63,526 nt of DNA from Chlorobiota bacterium (GTDB lineage Bacteria > Bacteroidota > Ignavibacteria > Kapaibacteriales > NICIL-2), in contig JAOAEV010000008.1 of the NCBI GenBank assembly GCA_026416585.1, forward strand, positions 1-63,526, in the 5' to 3' direction. The position numbers and the translations under genes are program-made. The first letter of the stretch is position 1. The number at the start of each line of letters is the position of its first letter. Of the stretch, positions 57,331 to 63,526 are shown piece after piece. Under the pieces are notes generated by a model that worked only from the letters and a program-made list of their open reading frames with translations, had not been told where the DNA came from and did not search any database.

Positions 57331-58445
57331 AATTCTGTGATCGCTTCGACGACGGCGGTAATTTCCTCGCGGTGTAGTTCGGCAAACATTGGCAATGCCA
57401 GAACGCGGGCACACGCATCCTCAGCAATGGGAAAATCTTCTGCACAGTAGCCGAGCCAGCGGAAGCACTCTTGGCGATGAAAGGGCACAGGATAATACAC
57501 TTCTGTTCCAATACCACGCGCTCCGAGCCACGAGCGCAAGCGATCCCGATCCCGAACAAGCACAACAAACTGATGGTAAATGTGCGTGTAGGGAATGTTT
57601 GGATACCGTTCATCGAGTAATTCCATAGCTTGCCCCACCAAACCGCGATCGCAGAACAATCGGCGATAAAGAGTCGCATGCTCTCGTCGTGCTGCGTTCC
57701 ATTGGTCGAGATACGCAAGTTTGACATTGAGTACTGCTGCCTGGAACTCGTCGATGCGGAAGTTGCCCCCAACCACTGAGTGATAGTAGCGCGGCTCCAT
57801 ACCGTGATTGCGCATAATGCGGATGCGATGCGCAATCTCGTCGTCGTTGGTAACGACTAAACCTGCGTCCCCGAATGCACCCAAGTTTTTTGTCGGGTAG
57901 AACGAATAGCACCCCACGTGCCCAATCGTACCGAGTCGCCGTCCATCACGGTGGTATGCTCCCAGCGCTTGCGCAGCATCCTCGATAATTGGGATGCCGG
58001 CTTCGTTCGCCAGAGTCAGCAATTCGTCCATCGCCGCTCCTTGACCGTAGAGATGCACAGGGATAATTGCGCGTGTTCGCGGTGTAATCGCTTTCCGTGT
58101 CGCTGCAACATCAAGGGTTAAGGTTCGTGGTTCGACGTCCACAAAGACCGGTTTTGCATGCACGCGCGCGACAACTCCTGCAGTAGCAAAAAACGAGAAC
58201 GTTGGAACGATCACCTCATCACGGGGACCAATCCCAAGCGCCATCAGCGATACAAGCAATGCATCGGTACCACTGGATACAGCAATTGCGTGGCGTACGC
58301 TGAGATACTCCGCAAGCGATTGTTCGAGTCGGTCGGTTTCGGGTCCAAGCACAAAGCGCTGACTCCGTGCAACATTCAAAAGACGTTCTTCAATAGCAGC
58401 ACCGATCGTAGTATATTGGCGATGGAGGTCAAGCAGGGGAATCAT
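57318..58445 (-). CDS. DegT/DnrJ/EryC1/StrS aminotransferase
   Basis: SSGTDAL, PVHLYGQ, EDAAQA, SFYPTKNLGAFGDAG. Confidence 0.93.
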   Translation of the reverse strand: MIPLLDLHRQYTTIGAAIEERLLNVARSQRFVLGPETDRLEQSLAEYLSVRHAIAVSSGTDALLVSLMALGIGPRDEVIVPTFSFFATAGVVARVHAKPVFVDVEPRTLTLDVAATRKAITPRTRAIIPVHLYGQGAAMDELLTLANEAGIPIIEDAAQALGAYHRDGRRLGTIGHVGCYSFYPTKNLGAFGDAGLVVTNDDEIAHRIRIMRNHGMEPRYYHSVVGGNFRIDEFQAAVLNVKLAYLDQWNAARREHATLYRRLFCDRGLVGQAMELLDERYPNIPYTHIYHQFVVLVRDRDRLRSWLGARGIGTEVYYPVPFHRQECFRWLGYCAEDFPIAEDACARVLALPMFAELHREEITAVVEAITEFYTT

Positions 58446-58470
58446 TGTGTGTGTAATCGTAGTTGAGTCA

Positions 58471-58514
58471 CAAAACTACGTCCATCTAAGCAGCTATAAT
58501 GATTGGTAAATTGC
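58471..58514. promoter_or_regulatory. Back-to-back divergent -7 elements
   Basis: TAGTTTTG on minus (58471-58478) for the DegT gene; TAAATTGC on plus (58507-58514) 7 nt before ATG 58522. Confidence 0.5.
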
Positions 58515-58521
58515 ACATGCT

Positions 58522-59538
58522 ATGCAAGCAGTTGTCGTGCTTTGTGTCTGCACATTAGTTTTCACTATTGGCTGCGACCACGCTGAAGCGCCGCAGGATG
58601 TCGTGGTGTCGGAGTATCCAGTGCCTTCTGGTTTTCCACCGATTTCTACGCCGCGGGATAATCTTATCACCGACGCCAAGATTTCGTTGGGACGATTGCT
58701 TTTTTACGATGCACAGCTATCGCGCGATGGTGATCTATCCTGCTCAAGCTGTCATCAGCAGGCACGAGCATTTTCCGACACGATTTCCGTCAGCCGCGGT
58801 ACACAAAGCGAAATTGGCTTACGGAACGCACCACCGATTATCAACGCTGCATACTCGCGATCGTGGTTTTGGGATGGGCGCGCCCGATCGCTCGAAGAGC
58901 AGATCATCGGTGCTCTCACATCGCCAATCGAAATGGCTTCAGATACCGCACTGATCGCCGAGCGACTGAGCCAATCACCGAACTACCGCAATGCGTTCAC
59001 TCAGGCATTTGGCACATCACCTTCCGCGCGTGATGCAGTACGAGCAATTGCAACGTTTTGCCGTGTGTTGCTCTCGGGCAATTCCCGATTCGATCGCTAC
59101 AGTCGCGGCGATTCCTCTGCCCTCTCAGACGCAGAAAAACGTGGGATGGCGCTCTTTTTCAGTGCGCGCACCCATTGCAGTGAATGCCACGGAGGTGTGT
59201 TTTTCAGCGACTTTGATTTCCATAGTATCGGTATTCACTCGCACTACTACGACCGCGGACGTTATTACGTTACGGGGAACGAACACGACATTGGTAAATT
59301 CAAAACACCTACCTTGCGGAACATCGCGCTGACAGCGCCCTACATGAACGATGGTACACTTACGACACTCGACCAGGTGCTGCAACACTATAATAGCGGG
59401 GGCAAACCGTTCATCAATAAAGATCCACGCATCCGCCCGCTTGGGCTGACTAGTGCTGAACTTGACGACCTACGCGCATTTTTGCACACATTGACAGATT
59501 CAATGTTCATCACTAATCCGATCCTGGCAAAACCATAG
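58522..59538 (+). CDS. Di-heme cytochrome c peroxidase superfamily enzyme (MauG/MbnH-like), lipoprotein
   Basis: TIGC lipobox, LGRLLFYD..LS, CSSCH, RNAP, FWDGRA, CSECH, FKTPTLRNI, PYMNDG, VLQHY. Confidence 0.88.
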   Translation: MQAVVVLCVCTLVFTIGCDHAEAPQDVVVSEYPVPSGFPPISTPRDNLITDAKISLGRLLFYDAQLSRDGDLSCSSCHQQARAFSDTISVSRGTQSEIGLRNAPPIINAAYSRSWFWDGRARSLEEQIIGALTSPIEMASDTALIAERLSQSPNYRNAFTQAFGTSPSARDAVRAIATFCRVLLSGNSRFDRYSRGDSSALSDAEKRGMALFFSARTHCSECHGGVFFSDFDFHSIGIHSHYYDRGRYYVTGNEHDIGKFKTPTLRNIALTAPYMNDGTLTTLDQVLQHYNSGGKPFINKDPRIRPLGLTSAELDDLRAFLHTLTDSMFITNPILAKP

Positions 59539-59549
59539 CCAATTCGCTC

Positions 59550-61670
59550 ATGACAGTAAAAAACGTGATCTTCTGGATAGTGTTCATCGCCGCAGCGTCC
59601 GTCTTTGCTCGAAGTGTGTGGAAGCTGCGGCAGTACTTGTCATTTGCGCGTCCGGACAGTCGCTTTGACCGACTCGGCATGCGATTGAAGCAGATGTTCA
59701 CGGTGGGATTGCTTCAGACGAAAATTCTTCGAGATCGTGGAGCTGGTCTTGTTCATGTAGTGATCTTCTGGGGATTTATTGTGTTGCTATCTGCTGCGGC
59801 TGAGGCAGTCTTAGAGGGATTGCATCCAGCACTCAATCTCAATTGGCTCGGTCCGATCTACTCGCTCTCTACAATCGCTGCGGATGTGTTTTGTGCGTTT
59901 ATCGTCGTCGCAACGATCGTTGCGCTTGTGCGTCGGTATGTTGTCAAAGTTCCTCGGCTGCAGCTTACCGATGATCGCATCGAAGCAGCAGTAATTCTGC
60001 TGACCATATTCGCAATTGTAACATCGCTGTTGCTCCTCAATGCAGCACGTATTCGGCTTGGCACCGACTATTCATGGGCAGTACGACCAATTGCATCGCT
60101 CCTTGCACCGATTTTACCACTCGGCGAGATTGCGCACGAAGTGTTTTGGTGGGTACACATTGTGCTCATCTTAGCATTTACCAACTACCTGCCGTACTCC
60201 AAACACCTCCATGTGCTCTCCTCGTTACCCAACGTATTTTTCTCACAGCTTGAATTTCCGCGAGAACTACCTACCGTTGACTTTACAAGCGAGAACGTCG
60301 AAAAATTCGGTGCTCGCGATATTGAGGACTTTTCATGGAAAACCCTGCTCGACGGCTACACCTGCACTCATTGTGGTCGCTGTACGAGTGTGTGTCCCGC
60401 CAACACAACCGGAAAGGTGCTCGACCCACGTGGGATCATCATTGCCATTCATCAACGGACGATGGACAAAGGACCGCTTCTCCTCAAGCTTCGAGATTGG
60501 GCAGACAACGCATCCCGTGCCGATCGTCGGGAGGCAGCACGTGCGATTCTCCGCGGTAAACGCTCAGACGAAATGAATGAACTGGAGCGACAGGTATTCG
60601 AAACAGTATTCACTGAGCATGAGCGTACTATATGGGATCGCCGACTTATCGGAGACTACATTTCGCCGGATGCACTATGGGCATGCACTACTTGTGGTGC
60701 TTGTATGCAAGAGTGTCCTGTCAACATTGAACATGTACCCGCAATCGTTGCGATGCGTCAATCGCTGGTGATGATGGATGCATCGTTCAACGAAGAAGCA
60801 TCACTTCTGCCGAACGTGTATTCGAACCTTGAAACAAATGCGGTCCCATGGGGTGGTATGTCACATAGCGACCGTGCTGCATGGGCTGAAGGATTAGGTA
60901 TCAAGACCGCCGCAGAAGACAGTACGATGGAAGTGCTTTTCTGGGTCGGCTGTGCAGGGAGTTATGACGAGCGCGCTAAGCGAATTAGCCGTGCCGTAGC
61001 TGAGCTATTGCAATATGCGGGAGTAGAATTCCGCATACTTGGCACCGAAGAGTGCTGCACAGGGGATCCAGCTCGTCGCACAGGGAACGAGTATCTCGCC
61101 GACATGTTGACACAACAAAACATCGAGACACTCAACCGATACAGTGTACAAACAATCCTCACGATTTGCCCCCACTGCTACAACACTTTGGCCAATGATT
61201 ATCCGCGCTTTGGCGGCACATACCGAGTGCTGCATCACACACAATTTCTGCAGCAATTGATTGAGGAAGGACGCCTCCGCATTGACCGATCAACGCTATC
61301 ACACGAAACGGTCGCCTATCACGATTCGTGTTACTTAGGACGCTATAACAGTGAGTACGAAGCACCACGAGCACTGCTTGAGAACGTGCCCGGATTGGAG
61401 ATCATCGAGGTCGAGCGTTCGCGAGATCGCGGTTTTTGTTGCGGTGCTGGCGGCGGTCGCATGTTCATGGAAGAGCACGTCGGCGAAAAAGTCAATCATA
61501 ACCGCACGCGCGAATTGCTCTCAACTGGCGCAACAACACTTGCAGCCAATTGCCCATTCTGTATGACAATGCTCACTGATGGTGTCAAGGCTGCTGACCG
61601 ATCCGATAGCGTCAGCGTTCGTGATGTCAGCGAAATCCTCCGCGATGCGATTGCCAATGGTTCAGCGTGA
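59550..61670 (+). CDS. fadF: Membrane Fe-S oxidoreductase FadF/HdrD-like
   Basis: N-terminal TM domain, YSKHLH, CTHCGRCTSVCP, CTTCGACMQECP, CCTG and CCG domains, YHDSCYLGR. Confidence 0.85.
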   Translation: MTVKNVIFWIVFIAAASVFARSVWKLRQYLSFARPDSRFDRLGMRLKQMFTVGLLQTKILRDRGAGLVHVVIFWGFIVLLSAAAEAVLEGLHPALNLNWLGPIYSLSTIAADVFCAFIVVATIVALVRRYVVKVPRLQLTDDRIEAAVILLTIFAIVTSLLLLNAARIRLGTDYSWAVRPIASLLAPILPLGEIAHEVFWWVHIVLILAFTNYLPYSKHLHVLSSLPNVFFSQLEFPRELPTVDFTSENVEKFGARDIEDFSWKTLLDGYTCTHCGRCTSVCPANTTGKVLDPRGIIIAIHQRTMDKGPLLLKLRDWADNASRADRREAARAILRGKRSDEMNELERQVFETVFTEHERTIWDRRLIGDYISPDALWACTTCGACMQECPVNIEHVPAIVAMRQSLVMMDASFNEEASLLPNVYSNLETNAVPWGGMSHSDRAAWAEGLGIKTAAEDSTMEVLFWVGCAGSYDERAKRISRAVAELLQYAGVEFRILGTEECCTGDPARRTGNEYLADMLTQQNIETLNRYSVQTILTICPHCYNTLANDYPRFGGTYRVLHHTQFLQQLIEEGRLRIDRSTLSHETVAYHDSCYLGRYNSEYEAPRALLENVPGLEIIEVERSRDRGFCCGAGGGRMFMEEHVGEKVNHNRTRELLSTGATTLAANCPFCMTMLTDGVKAADRSDSVSVRDVSEILRDAIANGSA

Positions 61671-63444
61671 GCGCGCGTACCTGCCTTGCTCGATTGTCGT
61701 GACGGTTGTTGTAGCTGCCATGGGGGTAGTCGGCAGTAGCTGCAAACACCGCTCGACGCCAGACCCTTCGCAACTTCGTCCTGCAGCCGACAATCGCTGG
61801 TATGGCGGCACATACCGTGTCAATGAAACCGGAGAGTTACGCTCGCTCGATCCTGTCGCAATCAACGATGTCACGAGCGCGCATATTTCGGAAAATATCT
61901 ACGACCAGCTACTCTATTTCGACGCCAATCTCAATCTTACCTGCGAGCTTGCCGAACGATGGGAGGTATCGCCTGACGGACGCTTGTACACGTACTTTTT
62001 GCGACGTGGAGTATATTTTCATGACGACCCATGCTTCCCAGGAGGAAAGGGGCGCGAACTGACAGCAGAAGATGTTGCATACTCTCTTACCCGATGCTGT
62101 GATGCCCGAACAGGCACGCTTTCGGCAGATTATTTCCGGGGCAAAGTTATCGGTGCTGAAGAGTATTACATCGCCACAAGCCAGGCAGCAGCACGTGGGA
62201 TAGAGCCTTCGGTTCGATCTGTTCGCGGATTTCATGTGCTTGACCGTTATACGTTTCGCATCGAGTTACTCGAGCCATTCGGACCCTTTGAATACTACGT
62301 AGCAATGAATTTCACAGGTATCCATCCTCGCGAAGCAGTCGAATACTATGGCAAAGACTTCTTCCAGCATCCAGTCGGAACAGGACCATTCACGTTTGTA
62401 GAATGGACTCCCGATCGAGAATGTCTGCTGGTGCGAAATAACCGTTACTGGAAGCACGATTCCGCAGGTAATCGGCTTCCCTACCTCGACACTCTGCGCT
62501 TTACCTTCATCAAAGATGACAAAGTTCAATTCCTCGAATTCACTGAAGGCAATCTCGACGAGTGCTACCGTATCCCGTCAGAATTCTTTCTCCTGGTCGT
62601 GGACGAACACAAACATTTACGTCCATCTTTTCAACGATTTCAACTTCTGCGCGTACCAGCACTCTCGACACAATACTATGGCATGCTGACGACAGCCGAA
62701 CCGTTCCGTGACCGGCGAGTGCGGCAGGCATTTTGCTACGCAGTTGACCGCGAACGAATTTTGCGATATGTTCTCAAAGGTCAAGGTGGCGAACCAGCCC
62801 ACCATGGGCTTGTTCCATCTGCTATGCCGGATTATCCTGCCTGGTCGGTTACCGGATACCATTTCAACCCGACGAAAGCACGACAACTGCTGGCAGACGC
62901 CGGGTATCCAATGGGACATAACTTTCCTTCTATCGAGCTGCAACTCAATAGTGGCGGCGGGCGCAATCTGCTGATTGCTGAAGCAGTGCAATCAGAGCTG
63001 GCGGAGGTACTCGGCATTCGTGTCGGCTTGAAGTTGGTCGAATTTGCACGGCATCTCGATGAAATTGACCACGGACGCGCGCCATTTTATCGCCTCGGTT
63101 GGATTGCCGACTATCCTGACCCCGAATCATTTCTCAACCTCTTCTACGGCAAGCTTGTCCCTTCCGATAGCACTGCACCGTCACCCCTCAATAGCACACG
63201 TTATCGCAATAAGCTCTACGACGAAGTATTTGAGGCTGCGCGACGAGTGCTCGATCGCCAGCAACGTAATCAACTGTTCGCCAGAGCCGAACAAATCGCC
63301 ATTGCTGATGCGCCAATACTTCTCCTGTTCTACGACGAAGATTACCGCTTACTGCAGCCGTATGTGCGAGGTTATCGCAACAATGCTATGGACAGACGGC
63401 AATATGTGTACGTTTGGTTCGATCCTGCAGCCACCGCTCGCTAA
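61657..63444 (+). CDS. ABC transporter substrate-binding protein, family 5 (peptide/nickel), lipoprotein
   Basis: GSSC lipobox, SLDP, LRRGVYFHDD, PVGTGPF, VRQAF.YAVDR, WIADYPDPESFL; start uncertain. Confidence 0.88.
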   Translation: MVQRERAYLPCSIVVTVVVAAMGVVGSSCKHRSTPDPSQLRPAADNRWYGGTYRVNETGELRSLDPVAINDVTSAHISENIYDQLLYFDANLNLTCELAERWEVSPDGRLYTYFLRRGVYFHDDPCFPGGKGRELTAEDVAYSLTRCCDARTGTLSADYFRGKVIGAEEYYIATSQAAARGIEPSVRSVRGFHVLDRYTFRIELLEPFGPFEYYVAMNFTGIHPREAVEYYGKDFFQHPVGTGPFTFVEWTPDRECLLVRNNRYWKHDSAGNRLPYLDTLRFTFIKDDKVQFLEFTEGNLDECYRIPSEFFLLVVDEHKHLRPSFQRFQLLRVPALSTQYYGMLTTAEPFRDRRVRQAFCYAVDRERILRYVLKGQGGEPAHHGLVPSAMPDYPAWSVTGYHFNPTKARQLLADAGYPMGHNFPSIELQLNSGGGRNLLIAEAVQSELAEVLGIRVGLKLVEFARHLDEIDHGRAPFYRLGWIADYPDPESFLNLFYGKLVPSDSTAPSPLNSTRYRNKLYDEVFEAARRVLDRQQRNQLFARAEQIAIADAPILLLFYDEDYRLLQPYVRGYRNNAMDRRQYVYVWFDPAATAR

Positions 63445-63526
63445 GTAAATATCGTAATGAGCGCAAGGATCAGCGCGACTCCCCCAAGAACGAGAGAAAT
63501 CCACACCGACAGTGACATCCGCCGCT
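63441..63526 (-). CDS. 3' end of a gene running off the window (C-terminal TM helix)
   Basis: Minus strand reads ...RRMSLSVWISLVLGGVALILALITIFT-TAG. Confidence 0.5.
   Translation of the reverse strand, partial: RRMSLSVWISLVLGGVALILALITIFT

Noticed and set aside
1-63526. CRISPR arrays, tRNA/rRNA genes, IS elements, prophage
   Set aside because: No intergenic gap exceeds about 135 bp, and no repeat-spacer pattern, cloverleaf or transposase/phage gene was recognised by eye

Overview
A very gene-dense, mostly core-chromosome window from an FCB-group bacterium. T9SS-type C-terminal domains, a SprE/PorW-like lipoprotein, a LolB-like DUF4292 protein and recurrent TAnnTTTG/TAnnTTGC promoter elements point to the Bacteroidota/Chlorobi lineage; a Kapabacteria/Ignavibacteria-like organism is my inference, not a verified assignment. 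Left to right: an alternative complex III operon (actABCDEF) with cytochrome c, ctaB, SCO and DUF420 genes; pyrC-rnhB-folE-PTPS; LolB-like and lptD; glmS and a nupC-type gene broken by one in-frame TAA; a pspA/YbjN-like/ECF sigma/anti-sigma/Spy-like stress cluster; an orphan fliO; mreBCD; an AT-richer clade II nitrous oxide reductase cluster (nosC-Z-BL-D-F-Y); smc; assorted housekeeping genes (PNP, pth, hprK, queE, fused E1); glyA; an MnmM plus MnmC(o)-like pair; secreted proteins; a di-heme MauG/MbnH-like enzyme; FadF; and an ABC solute-binding protein. No rRNA, tRNA, CRISPR array, integrase or IS was recognised. The best candidate for an undescribed system is glyA carrying an extra ~45-aa amphipathic C-terminal tail, followed 8 bp later by an 80-aa protein resembling an HK97 A-domain-only (family 4, DUF1884-like) encapsulin. 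All calls come from reading motifs by eye; no searches were run, and several starts were moved from the ORF track to more plausible codons.
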